A stretch of 64,000 nucleotides of DNA from Parcubacteria bacterium C7867-005 (GTDB lineage: Bacteria > Patescibacteriota > Minisyncoccia > Phycocordibacterales > Zambryskibacteraceae), in the NCBI GenBank assembly GCA_001189165.1, contig LFCO01000003.1:50769-114768 (forward strand), in the 5' to 3' direction. A program made the translations under genes and the position numbers. Positions 41,645 through 50,816 of the stretch are shown here, piece after piece. A model generated the notes under the pieces. That model made no database searches. It was not told the DNA's origin and saw only the letters and a program-made list of their open reading frames with translations. The number at the start of each line of letters is the position of its first letter. The first letter of the stretch is position 1.

Positions 41645-42316
41645 ATGGCCCTATCAGACAAACGTATTTTGGAAGAAATCAAAAAAGGAGACATAGTCGT
41701 CGAGCCCTTTCGCAAGGAAAACCTGGCTACGTCAAGCTACGATGTGACCCTGGGAGAATTTTATTTTAGGGAACAAAGACCGAAGCATCTTTATAATATT
41801 TACAATATCTACGACAAACGACACACCGATCATGTGTGGGGTACTGTGGCGCATAAAGCTGAAACAGCGAGAGAAGTTTTCCAAGATGTGAAGTTCGACT
41901 ACATAGGCATAAAACCAAACGACAAGATTATCTTGCTTGAACCTGGAGAAACAATCCTCGCACATACTAATGAATTCATCGGCGGCAAACACCACATCAC
42001 CACCATGATGAAAGCGAGGTCTTCTTTGGGTAGAAATTTTATCGAGGTGTGCAAATGTGCTGGTTGGGGTGACGTTGGTTTTACAAACAGATGGACCATG
42101 GAGATCACCAACAACTCTTCACACTACTCTATTCCCCTCGTGGTTGGCAGACGCATCGCCCAGATTATATTCTTTGAGACCGGAGAGATACTTAAGAGTG
42201 ATTATACAAAACTTGGTAAATACCAAACTACGAACGACATTAAACAAATGAAAAGGGACTGGAAGCCTGACAGTATGCTCCCAAGACTTTACACGGACAG
42301 AGATATAAAGAAATAA
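41645..42316 (+). CDS. dcd: dCTP deaminase (dUTPase superfamily)
   Basis: 223 aa; N-terminal ILSDKRILEEI...PF...SYDVTLG and trimeric dUTPase-fold motifs; AT-rich like host. Confidence 0.8.
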   Translation: MALSDKRILEEIKKGDIVVEPFRKENLATSSYDVTLGEFYFREQRPKHLYNIYNIYDKRHTDHVWGTVAHKAETAREVFQDVKFDYIGIKPNDKIILLEPGETILAHTNEFIGGKHHITTMMKARSSLGRNFIEVCKCAGWGDVGFTNRWTMEITNNSSHYSIPLVVGRRIAQIIFFETGEILKSDYTKLGKYQTTNDIKQMKRDWKPDSMLPRLYTDRDIKK

Positions 42317-42371
42317 TCTCCACAACAAAAGCCCCGCTCCGGTTTCGGAACGGGGCTTTTGCATTTAAATC

Positions 42372-42797
42372 TTATCCTTTGATGTCTACACCCATGCTTC
42401 GAGCAGTACCGGAGATAATCTTCATCGCTCCGTCTATATCGTTTGCATTCAGGTCTGGCATTTTCTTCTCTGCGATCTGTTTTACCTGAGCTTTAGTGAT
42501 CGAACCAATCTTTGCTGAATTAGGTTTACCCGAACCCTTTTCTTGACCAAGGACTTTCAAAATAAGATTTGAAGCTGGTTCAGTTTTGTAAGTCATGTGG
42601 TAGCTTCTGTCCTCATAGATCTCTACCACGGTGGGGACTATCTCTCCAACACGATCTTTGGTCTCATCATTAAAGCGTTTGACGAATTCACCGATCTGAA
42701 TACCGGCACCTCCAAGTACTGGGCCAAGGGCCTGTCCAGGGACGGCCTTGCCCCCAGGAATCTGTAATTTAAGTATTTTTGTAACTTTCTTTGCCAT
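42372..42797 (-). CDS. rplK: 50S ribosomal protein L11
   Basis: 141 aa; conserved KLQIPGGKA...PPVGPALG-like N-terminus. Confidence 0.9.
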   Translation of the reverse strand: MAKKVTKILKLQIPGGKAVPGQALGPVLGGAGIQIGEFVKRFNDETKDRVGEIVPTVVEIYEDRSYHMTYKTEPASNLILKVLGQEKGSGKPNSAKIGSITKAQVKQIAEKKMPDLNANDIDGAMKIISGTARSMGVDIKG

Positions 42798-42818
42798 ATA
42801 AGTAGAAAATAGAGTACC

Positions 42819-43364
42819 TTACATCTTCTTCACTTGCAAGAAGTCTAGTTCGACCGGAGTTTCGCGCCCGAACATAGATACGAGGACTTTGACCTTGCCC
42901 CTCTCTTCATCTACCTCACTAACCCTACCTTCAAGATCCTTGAAGGGTCCATCAGTGATCTGGACGGCATCATCTTGGACCAAGTTTATAGTGTGCATAA
43001 CCTTGTCTCCGCTCATACGAGAGAATAGGGACTCAACCTCCTTAGGATCAATGGGTACAGGATACACACCAGAGCCGACGAAGCCGGTAACACGAGGAGT
43101 GTTTCGGACCACGTACCAAGAATCGTCAGTCACTATCATGTCTACCAAGATATATCCTGGATAGATTTTTTCCTCTTCTTCTACTCTCTTGCCCCCTTTG
43201 ATTTTGATCTTCTTTTCTGTAGGAACAACAACGTTAAAGATCTTGTCCTCCATGCCCAAAGATTCAATGCGCTGTTTGAGGTTTCTCATCACCGCGTTCT
43301 CATATCCAGCATAAGTATGGATGACGTACCAGTTTCTACCTTCAGAAAGTTTTTGTTTTGTCAT
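42819..43364 (-). CDS. nusG: Transcription termination/antitermination factor NusG
   Basis: 181 aa; NGN domain (WYVIHTYAGYENAV) and C-terminal KOW. Confidence 0.9.
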   Translation of the reverse strand: MTKQKLSEGRNWYVIHTYAGYENAVMRNLKQRIESLGMEDKIFNVVVPTEKKIKIKGGKRVEEEEKIYPGYILVDMIVTDDSWYVVRNTPRVTGFVGSGVYPVPIDPKEVESLFSRMSGDKVMHTINLVQDDAVQITDGPFKDLEGRVSEVDEERGKVKVLVSMFGRETPVELDFLQVKKM

Positions 43365-43376
43365 GACAAGGATATT

Positions 43377-43559
43377 TTAGAGAACGAATTTTTGTAAGAT
43401 GAGAGAGAAAATATAGTCAAAAAATCCAAGATAGATGGAGACGAAAACAGATACCAAGATCACTACCACAGTAAAAGCGATCGTCTGTTTACGAGTTGGC
43501 CAAGAGACGTGTTTGAGTTCACCGCGTGTATCGCGCAAGTAATTGATGAGGTTTGACAT
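43377..43559 (-). CDS. secE: Preprotein translocase subunit SecE
   Basis: 60 aa; single TM, KxxWP motif (HVSWPTRKQT); conserved secE-nusG-rplK order. Confidence 0.8.
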   Translation of the reverse strand: MSNLINYLRDTRGELKHVSWPTRKQTIAFTVVVILVSVFVSIYLGFFDYIFSLILQKFVL

Positions 43560-43561
43560 TT

Positions 43562-43590
43562 TGTATTAAAAAACGCCCCTTCGGCGTTTC
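43562..43590 (-). terminator. Rho-independent terminator upstream of secE (ends the SIMPL gene transcript)
   Basis: aaacgcccc-ttcg-gggcgttt hairpin with T-tract in minus sense. Confidence 0.6.
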
Positions 43591-43637
43591 TTAATCATAC
43601 TATAAGTCTATTCAGTATGTCAAACAGGTAACTTGGA

Positions 43638-44429
43638 CTAGCGTATCTCGTAGGTTACGGTCACATTGGCCGTAGTCTTGTTTTCTCCTACTGGTAGAGT
43701 TGGGGCGGAAGCCACAGAAGACTTCATCATATCCCCTCCCATCCCCTCACCATACATTGGATATCCACCAAAGTTATTATCGTAGTAACCAACAACTCGG
43801 ACAAGTCTCACTCCAAGTTTCTTACTGAGTTCTTTGGCTTTTTCTTTGGCATCCTCTATAGCCGCATCTCTTGCCTCCTTCATAACCATATCTGGATCAT
43901 CAGTGGTGAAGTTAAGACCAGAGATATTTGTTGCTCCCTTTGTACCAACAACAGACAGAGCTTTGCCTGCATCATCTGTCTTTCGTACCTTTACGGTGAT
44001 GGAATGACTGACTGTGTAACCATCTGCAATTTGCCTAGATGGATAACAAAGACCAGTTGAACATTCTACTGGTTCATATTTGTATTTTGGCCAAACTGAA
44101 TAATCACTAGTCTTAATATCTTTTTCCTCTATATCTAGAGTGTCGAGTTCTGCGAGAATAGCATCGATCTTGCCGGTAACGCTGTTCTGTGCGTCTGATA
44201 CAGCCTTCGCATCAGCTGACACGGTGAAAGAAAATACAGCCACATCTGGTACAGAAACAGCCTCTCCCTTGCCGTTCACAGAGATCGAATTGTACGCCGG
44301 ACTAACCGTGCGCCATGCTTTCAAAGCACCCAGGGCCTGGAAAGCCAGAAATATGCCCAAGACGAGGACGACCCATGAACCCCATTTAAGGAGTCGCCTT
44401 ACCTCATCTTTCATCAGATTTAAATCCAT
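43638..44429 (-). CDS. SIMPL-domain (DUF541) exported protein
   Basis: 263 aa; N-terminal TM/signal, SIMPL-like domain layout. Confidence 0.6.
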   Translation of the reverse strand: MDLNLMKDEVRRLLKWGSWVVLVLGIFLAFQALGALKAWRTVSPAYNSISVNGKGEAVSVPDVAVFSFTVSADAKAVSDAQNSVTGKIDAILAELDTLDIEEKDIKTSDYSVWPKYKYEPVECSTGLCYPSRQIADGYTVSHSITVKVRKTDDAGKALSVVGTKGATNISGLNFTTDDPDMVMKEARDAAIEDAKEKAKELSKKLGVRLVRVVGYYDNNFGGYPMYGEGMGGDMMKSSVASAPTLPVGENKTTANVTVTYEIR

Positions 44430-44466
44430 TTTATTTATAAATTATGAATAATAGACCTCTATCCTA

Positions 44467-45132
44467 TCATAGAGAGCTCTTACGCCTCAAAAAATCTTTT
44501 TCCTCCAAAAAAATACTGAAGATAAGGACCGAAAAGCTCACACAAAGTATGCCTAGGGCCGTGCCGGCCAAAACATCTAGAGCGAAGTGTGCCCCCAAAT
44601 AAAGTCTGGATATAGATATAGCTCCAGCTCCAAAAACGCAGAACAAAACTATCAAAACCTTGCTCGAAACCGTCTTCATTCGACCAAAAAAGGCATGGGC
44701 GAAAGCAAAGAAAAATGCTGTAGCCACCGTCGCATGTCCACTCGGGAAACTGAAACTCGCCGGGGTGATCAGACCACCAGTGGGTCTGGGCAAATGTATG
44801 GCATTTTTTAAAATGGTGAAAGAAATTATTGAAAGCAAAATAGAAACAATAAAAAGGAGGGTGTCGTACGTATCTCTCTGAAGCACAACCACTATAGCCA
44901 GGATCAAAGCAACAAAGGAAAGCACCAAGGGACTCCCAACATTTGTCACAGTAACCATGATGCCAGTGAGTATGGGGTGCCTGATACGCATCATAAAATC
45001 AGAGACAGCGGTATTTAATGGCAACAACTCACTCCCAGTGATGAGACCGTCGATGATGATAACCAAAGCTAGACCCGACAGGATATAAACAATAAGAAAT
45101 ATTAGATTCTTTGCCCAATTGCGGAAGAGCAT
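44467..45132 (-). CDS. PAP2-family membrane phosphatase
   Basis: 221 aa; PAP2 motifs KxxxxxxRP (LKNAIHLPRP), PSGH (FPSGHATVA), SRxxxxxHxxxD-like region. Confidence 0.7.
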   Translation of the reverse strand: MLFRNWAKNLIFLIVYILSGLALVIIIDGLITGSELLPLNTAVSDFMMRIRHPILTGIMVTVTNVGSPLVLSFVALILAIVVVLQRDTYDTLLFIVSILLSIISFTILKNAIHLPRPTGGLITPASFSFPSGHATVATAFFFAFAHAFFGRMKTVSSKVLIVLFCVFGAGAISISRLYLGAHFALDVLAGTALGILCVSFSVLIFSIFLEEKDFLRRKSSL

Positions 45133-45222
45133 GTATAAAGCCTAGCACAAAAATAAAAAAGATGCCCCGACCGATGTGGTCGAGGCTCCGCTCTGTGGCG
45201 GTGTACTACTGTCGGGGTTGTA

Positions 45223-45558
45223 TCAGGAGACTTCTGCCCCCATGTCCTGCTTCCATCGCGTGAGGTGGATGACGATCTCCTCCGATGAACAACGGAAGAG
45301 GCCGACGACCATCGACTCAGGGGCACCGAAATCCCTCAGGAAGGAATCGAAGATGCGATTCCGCTCCTTACGGAGTTCCATGCTGTCATGAGTCGTGCCC
45401 TTACTCCTGAGAAGTTCGTGGAGCTCCTTGAGCCTCGCGATCTTCGTGCTGCCAGCGGTGATGCTCGGATGTTGACCCGGAGCGACACCGGAGAGCCCGA
45501 TCCCGGAATCTACTGCTGCTCCCTGCACTGGCTGGTGCGTCATTCTGACGTACTCCAA
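45223..45558 (-). CDS. Hypothetical protein in GC-rich patch
   Basis: 111 aa ORF in a 450-bp GC-rich segment; competing ORFs on the opposite strand; coding status uncertain. Confidence 0.3.
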   Translation of the reverse strand: MEYVRMTHQPVQGAAVDSGIGLSGVAPGQHPSITAGSTKIARLKELHELLRSKGTTHDSMELRKERNRIFDSFLRDFGAPESMVVGLFRCSSEEIVIHLTRWKQDMGAEVS

Positions 45559-45669
45559 CTGAAGGTAAGTGGAACAAAAAAGTGAGCCCCGATGCTCACT
45601 TCTTCACATTATCAGGCTTATGACACAAAGTCAAGTTAGCCGAAACGCATCACTGTGGAAAACGCTTCC

Positions 45670-46032
45670 TTAGTTTCTATTTTTATAGAAATAATAGAGT
45701 GCGAGAGGTGCTGCCCAGTTCGCAAACCTTTCGATGAAGTCCCACACTGGCATACCCACCAATGGTCGGACGAGTGCTGTCCAAAAACCCCAGAAAGCCA
45801 TCCACAAAAGAACAGGACGAATAGGTTTGAACAAAACTATAAGGGCCATGAGCACATCCATGATACCGACTACAAAAATAAACTGTGCGGCCATCTCTGC
45901 ATTCATACCTGAGAGTTCCTGTGTCCATTTGATCCAATCTGCTTTTCCTAATAGAGCAAAAACTCCGTGACCAAGAAATTCACCGGCGACGCCGATCCTC
46001 AGAATCCACTCGATCTTTTTTTCGTTTGACAT
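45670..46032 (-). CDS. DoxX-like small membrane protein
   Basis: 120 aa, 4 TM helices, DoxX-like pattern. Confidence 0.5.
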   Translation of the reverse strand: MSNEKKIEWILRIGVAGEFLGHGVFALLGKADWIKWTQELSGMNAEMAAQFIFVVGIMDVLMALIVLFKPIRPVLLWMAFWGFWTALVRPLVGMPVWDFIERFANWAAPLALYYFYKNRN

Positions 46033-46154
46033 AATTAAAAATTATTTGTAATTCCTCTTAACATTCTATCAGTATTAAATTTTCGTGTACCTAAAAGGTG
46101 GATATGCTGTGCTAGCACTTTGAGATCATAGGAGTAACATATAGGGGAAAGGGC

Positions 46155-46550
46155 TTGTTTATAAATAAAACAAAAATTAATAACATGCAACCAAACCACT
46201 ACTACGGCGACAAAGTGAGATCTCTACTCATCGGTGCCGGCATAATCATGATCCTCACCATGCCTTTCTTTTCTGGCCTTTTACCAAAGCCTGCATTCTT
46301 CTCCATCTTGGCAGTATTGTTGTTAGTTGTTTTAAGTGGCCTCATCAGTCCAGCACAAAAAGTTTTAGTGGCACTTACCACACTAGTATCAGCTGGAGCA
46401 TTCATAGCATTTGAATACTATGCTGTAAGTGCTTCTCAAATGTACGGCTCGGGGAGTCCGTTCTTTTTGGTTAATCAACTCCTTGCTCTTATCTTCCTTT
46501 TGGCAACCTATTTTGGCACAAAAAGTATCAGAGGAATTACTCAGGCATAA
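46155..46550 (+). CDS. Hypothetical integral membrane protein
   Basis: 131 aa, 4 TM helices. Confidence 0.45.
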   Translation: MFINKTKINNMQPNHYYGDKVRSLLIGAGIIMILTMPFFSGLLPKPAFFSILAVLLLVVLSGLISPAQKVLVALTTLVSAGAFIAFEYYAVSASQMYGSGSPFFLVNQLLALIFLLATYFGTKSIRGITQA

Positions 46551-46609
46551 AACAAAACTTCTACAGTGAAAACAAAAAACTCTGCATAAGGCAGGGTTTT
46601 TGTTTTCAT

Positions 46610-46684
46610 GGGTGCCCACCGGGAATCGAACCCGAATTGCAAGTTCCACAAACTTGAGTGTTAACCGTTACACCATGGGCACCA
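46610..46684 (-). tRNA. tRNA-His (anticodon GTG)
   Basis: Cloverleaf readable in reverse complement: extra 5' G(-1), D-arm gtgtaacggttaacac, anticodon loop ttGTGga, T-arm ggttcgattcc. Confidence 0.8.
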
Positions 46685-46698
46685 TTATTCGCACAAAA

Positions 46699-47250
46699 CT
46701 AATTATAGCTCGGAGCGGTCTCCTTTATACCAGATTTATGGTTCGAGAGTCGAGCCAGCGCATAAAGGATGCTCGACAATCTGTTCATAAAACTCAAAGT
46801 CTCTTTTTTGGGTAAAACTATTTTTTCTTCACTGACTCCCACAACTCTCCTCTCTGCTCTACGGGCGATTGTTCGAGCTACATCAAAACATGCTCCCAAC
46901 TCTGAGCCACCAGAAATAAAGAATGTTTTTATTGGTGGCATCTCCCCTTCTGCTTGGTTGATGAGGTTCTCTACCAAAGTAACCTTATCAGGAGTTATAA
47001 ACTTATCTGCACCAGCTATTTCAGCTTGAACAGTGAAGAGATTTTCTTGAAGCATGTGAACTATCTCTTCAAAAGTTTTATCTCCGAGAGTAAAACCAGA
47101 TTCTTTTGATTTAACCTTGCAGATACCCAAGTAGGAATTTATTTCGTCCAAAGATCCGAGTGCTTCGGCGATAGATGAACTCTTAGAAACCCTTTGGTCA
47201 CAGCCAAAGGTCTTTGTAGTACCATCATCACCTTTTCTTGTGTACAACAT
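46699..47250 (-). CDS. ATP:cob(I)alamin adenosyltransferase, PduO/MMAB type
   Basis: 183 aa; N-terminal MLYTRKGDDGTT...DEINSYLG typical of Cob_adeno_trans family. Confidence 0.75.
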   Translation of the reverse strand: MLYTRKGDDGTTKTFGCDQRVSKSSSIAEALGSLDEINSYLGICKVKSKESGFTLGDKTFEEIVHMLQENLFTVQAEIAGADKFITPDKVTLVENLINQAEGEMPPIKTFFISGGSELGACFDVARTIARRAERRVVGVSEEKIVLPKKETLSFMNRLSSILYALARLSNHKSGIKETAPSYN

Positions 47251-47334
47251 GGTGCTCGGGAGAGGATTTGAACCTCCATGCCTCTCGGCGCTACCACCTC
47301 AAGGTAGTGCGTCTACCAATTTCGCCACCCGAGC
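47251..47334 (-). tRNA. tRNA-Leu (anticodon GAG), type II with long variable arm
   Basis: Reverse complement gctcgggtggcgaaattggtagacgcactaccttGAGgtggtag...ggttcaaatcc...cccgagcacca; encoded CCA abuts the start codon of the upstream gene. Confidence 0.8.
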
Positions 47335-47360
47335 ATGGGCAAACAGTAACAGGAAACAGA

Positions 47361-47747
47361 TTACGCTTCAACCGGAGTTTCTTCTGCTGTATCCTTGGCC
47401 ATACGAACATTTCGCATCTGCCTTCTGATATCCTTGGCTGCCTTGTCTCTGATGTGGTATAGCTTGGCGCGACGAACCTTAGAACGTTTAATGACTTCTA
47501 TCTTGTCTATCGCTGGAGAATAAAGGAGGAAAGTTTTTTCTACCCCTACACCAGATGCGACTCGACGAACAGTGAAAGTGGCACCAGCTTCGCGCCCGTG
47601 CTTGCGAGCTAGTACCAAGCCCTCAAATGCCTGGAGACGAGTCTTGCCCTTCTCTTGGATTTTCTGCCAAACACGAATAGTGTCTCCAGAACGGAGATCG
47701 AGCTTGCTCCTCTCTTCTACTTTTATTGGTGAATGCACTGTGGTCAT
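47361..47747 (-). CDS. rplS: 50S ribosomal protein L19
   Basis: 128 aa; conserved GDTIRVW...GKTR...FEG and RRAKLYHIR motifs. Confidence 0.9.
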   Translation of the reverse strand: MTTVHSPIKVEERSKLDLRSGDTIRVWQKIQEKGKTRLQAFEGLVLARKHGREAGATFTVRRVASGVGVEKTFLLYSPAIDKIEVIKRSKVRRAKLYHIRDKAAKDIRRQMRNVRMAKDTAEETPVEA

Positions 47748-47777
47748 AAGTCAGAGTAATCTAACATAAGGAATACC

Positions 47778-48521
47778 CTATGGCAAATCTTTGGGAACAT
47801 AGTTTATAGCCTCAAAAGCCTTCAAGAAGTCCTCCGGATAATCTGCTTTTATTGATTTGACCATGCCCTGAAAATCCTTGAATTCAACCTTTCGGGCATG
47901 GAGAGCAAGACGATTAAACCCCAAGAGGGCTGGTTTTGATGCTCCGTAAAGTTTGTCGCAGACAACCGGTCTCTGAAGCGATTGAAAATGAACACGAATC
48001 TGATGAGTACGTCCTGTCTTTGGTTTGGCCTCCACAAGGGTCACATCCTTGTCTCGCTTTAGAACCTGATAATAAGTTACCGCCTCTCTCATCTCCCCCG
48101 TTGCACCACGGCCAGCTGAATATTTACGGAAATCTGTTGGACTCTTGCCGATAGATGTATTCAGGGTTCCATGATCATCCTTTAGAGAACCGTGCACAAA
48201 AGCAATATATGTTTTACTGATAATACGTTTTAAAAATTGATTCTTTAGATGCTCAAAACCTTTTTGGGTCTTGGCCAGTAAAAGTACTCCGGAAGTATCC
48301 CTGTCCAAGCGGTGGACTACCCCGCTTCTGTCTATTATCTCTCCGCCCTCGAGTCTGATCATCTCTCCTACCCCTCGAGCTTCTGGGTACTTAGAACAAA
48401 ACCATTCTGAGACGCTTGATTCTTTGGTTCGCCCATCTCCATGAACAACAATCCCTGACGGTTTGTCCAAGGCCAAGATGTCTTCGTCTTCAAAGATAAT
48501 GCGGTCTGATAAATCAAACAT
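47778..48521 (-). CDS. RluA-family pseudouridine synthase (start trimmed to Met downstream of tRNA-Val)
   Basis: Catalytic motif HRLDRDTSGVLLLAK. The track ORF (to 48581) overlaps tRNA-Val, so the start is more likely the internal Met (MFDLSDRI) at about 48521. Confidence 0.8.
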   Translation of the reverse strand: MFDLSDRIIFEDEDILALDKPSGIVVHGDGRTKESSVSEWFCSKYPEARGVGEMIRLEGGEIIDRSGVVHRLDRDTSGVLLLAKTQKGFEHLKNQFLKRIISKTYIAFVHGSLKDDHGTLNTSIGKSPTDFRKYSAGRGATGEMREAVTYYQVLKRDKDVTLVEAKPKTGRTHQIRVHFQSLQRPVVCDKLYGASKPALLGFNRLALHARKVEFKDFQGMVKSIKADYPEDFLKAFEAINYVPKDLP

Positions 48522-48523
48522 TG

Positions 48524-48596
48524 TGGGCGATACAGGACTCGAACCTGTGACCTTCTCAGTGTAAATGAGTTGCTCTACCAACTGAGCTAATCGCCC
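48524..48596 (-). tRNA. tRNA-Val (anticodon TAC)
   Basis: Reverse complement gggcgattagctcagttggtagagca-actca-ttTACac-tgaga-...ggttcgagtcc...atcgccca. Confidence 0.75.
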
Positions 48597-48656
48597 TAGA
48601 TATGCTCGGGAAACCCCGATGGAAGGATACTAACATATAATGTATTGTCTTTAAAT

Positions 48657-48741
48657 GAGCATGTGGCGGAACTGGTATACGCGTACGATTCAGAATCGTA
48701 TGCCGCAAGGCTTGAGGGTTCAAATCCCTCCATGCTCACCA
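48657..48741 (+). tRNA. tRNA-Leu (anticodon CAG), type II
   Basis: gagcatgtggcggaactggtatacgcg-tacga-ttCAGaa-tcgta-long variable arm-gggttcaaatccctc-catgctcacca. Confidence 0.8.
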
Positions 48742-48747
48742 AACAAA

Positions 48748-48782
48748 AAACACCCGATCAAAGACAAAGGGTGTTTTTTGTT
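48748..48782. terminator. Bidirectional rho-independent terminator
   Basis: acacccgatcaaagacaaagggtgt hairpin flanked by A-run and T-run; sits between tRNA-Leu (+) and the convergent ORF 48799-49176 (-). Confidence 0.6.
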
Positions 48783-48798
48783 TGTAGAAACAGATAGA

Positions 48799-49176
48799 TT
48801 ACATTTGTGGCATACTCTGCGCCATACCCTGGCCCTTGCGAGCCTTGAGTCCAGAAACGAGGATAACCAAACCTAGGACCAAGTGAAGCCAGTTGTCTGC
48901 GCCGTTCACATGGATAAGTCCTAGAACTGATTCAGAACTAGACATAAAACCAAGTAGAGCAACCAAAAGATAGATTACCCCGAACACTACCAGAGCAGTG
49001 CCCGCCTTAGCTTGTGATTTGTATGCTACCCAAAGCAGGACAACACCCGAAAGAAGGTGAACGATGTTGTGGTTTAAATCAGTTTGGAACAATGATTCTG
49101 TTCCGCCAATGATTGGATTAGGAATAAATCCAAGAATACCAACGACGAGGAACACCCAACCGAATAGCTTTGCCAT
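48799..49176 (-). CDS. Hypothetical small membrane protein
   Basis: 125 aa, 4 TM helices. Confidence 0.45.
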   Translation of the reverse strand: MAKLFGWVFLVVGILGFIPNPIIGGTESLFQTDLNHNIVHLLSGVVLLWVAYKSQAKAGTALVVFGVIYLLVALLGFMSSSESVLGLIHVNGADNWLHLVLGLVILVSGLKARKGQGMAQSMPQM

Positions 49177-49275
49177 AAAATAATTAAACTCGTTAATACT
49201 AATTTTCCGACCCTTACATTATACAACCAGAAAATACCGCAAATAGATTATCCGCAGAAATTGTTGATAAGCGAT

Positions 49276-49350
49276 TGGTGTCCCTGGCAGGAATCGAACC
49301 TACATCAAAGCCTTAGAAGAGCTCTGTTCTATCCATTGAACTACAGGGAC
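49276..49350 (-). tRNA. tRNA-Arg (anticodon TCT)
   Basis: Reverse complement gtccctgtagttcaatggatagaacagagct-ctTCTaa-ggctt...ggttcgattcctgccagggacacca; anticodon stem has two G-U pairs. Confidence 0.7.
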
Positions 49351-49371
49351 GCAAGGAAGATAGTACCCGCA

Positions 49372-49704
49372 CTAGAGGGTCGGGTCAACGGTACTATCCT
49401 TAGTTTTCTTTATTTCCTCGAATATTTTAGCTCTATTTTCATAATATCTCACTGTCTTTTTTAGAGTGATTAGATCAAGGGTTGACTGGATTTCTGGTTC
49501 CTTTTTATCGGCCATAAATATCCCTCCTTGTGATATCTTCACGAACATATATACCCCCAATACTGCCATCAGGAAGGTTAGTAAAATGAGCCCGACAAAT
49601 ATAGCCTTCCAATCAGCATTCGGGCTGACACCGAAACCAAATAGTTTTCCGTTCTTATGGAGATGCAAATTTAGGTCGAGTTTTTTCATATTATTTAAAG
49701 ACAT
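49372..49704 (-). CDS. Hypothetical membrane-anchored protein (possible pilus assembly accessory)
   Basis: 110 aa, one TM; immediately downstream of the pilMNO-like genes, overlapping by 14 bp. Confidence 0.35.
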   Translation of the reverse strand: MSLNNMKKLDLNLHLHKNGKLFGFGVSPNADWKAIFVGLILLTFLMAVLGVYMFVKISQGGIFMADKKEPEIQSTLDLITLKKTVRYYENRAKIFEEIKKTKDSTVDPTL

Positions 49705-50266
49705 TAATCGAGAGACTCGTTGTCATCCTCCAGATTTTTCCGTTTGGTGTCTTCCCTCCTGTATCATCAAACATAGCTTCAGAAGAAGCTCCCTGTCCAT
49801 ATACGAGGGTAATACTTTCTATAGATGCATGCATAGGGAGATTCTCTAGTGCGTGCAGGAAGCCTATATTTGCTTGCCAAGAACCGTCTGTTTCCATGTT
49901 AACTTTAACTAAATTCTGATTTGTTGCTTTGGCTTTTGGGTCCAGCTTGTCTGGAGAAACAGAAACTGTTTTGGTCTTGAGCCCCATTCCCCTCCCTGTG
50001 TTTTCTATGACTTCAATAAAAGGAACGAGTGTTTCTTCGTTTACAGATACTCCTTCGAGCTTGGCGATGTCTTCCTTGTGGCTATTCCTCATCGCCCGAA
50101 TTGTTTGTACCAAGTTGTCTCTCTCTGTGCGAGCATCCGTTTCATTCAGCAACGCAGAAGTTTCGTGAGATTTAGTACGAATATAATATATTTCATATCC
50201 AAAAACCAATACCAGTAAGATGGTTAGGAAAACTGAACTGAACAATAGTGTTTTGGTTTTTGACAT
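49691..50266 (-). CDS. PilO-like type IV pilus assembly protein (tentative)
   Basis: 191 aa; N-terminal TM followed by coiled-coil then periplasmic domain, position after pilM/pilN. Confidence 0.4.
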   Translation of the reverse strand: MSKTKTLLFSSVFLTILLVLVFGYEIYYIRTKSHETSALLNETDARTERDNLVQTIRAMRNSHKEDIAKLEGVSVNEETLVPFIEVIENTGRGMGLKTKTVSVSPDKLDPKAKATNQNLVKVNMETDGSWQANIGFLHALENLPMHASIESITLVYGQGASSEAMFDDTGGKTPNGKIWRMTTSLSINVFK

Positions 50267-50270
50267 AAAA

Positions 50271-50816
50271 TTATTCAGTATTTGGTGACAAGTTTAACTG
50301 GAATTCTATATCCTTATCTTTGGCAAAGTTTGATACAGGTAAAACAATTTTGGAAAAATTATCAGAAGAGTTTAAACGATTCTCAAAATCTATAAGGGTT
50401 TTCCTGTCCCTTGCAACACCAGAAAGTGAAATATTTCTTTTCTTACGGTCCTTGTCGTCTATTTTCCATGAGATATTGAGAATAGATATTCCTGCTGGCT
50501 TAACAAAAATTATCTTTTGGATAAATTCATATGGTTTATCTGTATCTTGTTCAGGAGAAACAGCCTTCAGCTTTTCGTTAGTTAGCGACAGCCATTCTTC
50601 CATGGCCAAGCCATCAGAGGCAGAGGTGGAGTGTTTTAAGGCCTCAGTCCTGGATACAACCTCATCCATCCTATAGTTTGAAGTAATGTACGAAGGCACC
50701 AAAGCAAAAATACCTATAAACAAAGAAAAAGAGATGCCTGAAAAAATAATGGTTGTCCTGCGGATTTTATATTCGCGCTCGACTTTGGCTCTTGAATTTT
50801 CAGTTAATAATTTAAA
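50271..50816 (-). CDS. PilN-like type IV pilus assembly protein (start trimmed)
   Basis: Short cytoplasmic N-terminus, one TM, periplasmic domain; track ORF extends to 50933 overlapping pilM, internal Met (MFKLLTEN) gives typical 5-bp overlap. Confidence 0.5.
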   Translation of the reverse strand, partial: FKLLTENSRAKVEREYKIRRTTIIFSGISFSLFIGIFALVPSYITSNYRMDEVVSRTEALKHSTSASDGLAMEEWLSLTNEKLKAVSPEQDTDKPYEFIQKIIFVKPAGISILNISWKIDDKDRKKRNISLSGVARDRKTLIDFENRLNSSDNFSKIVLPVSNFAKDKDIEFQLNLSPNTE

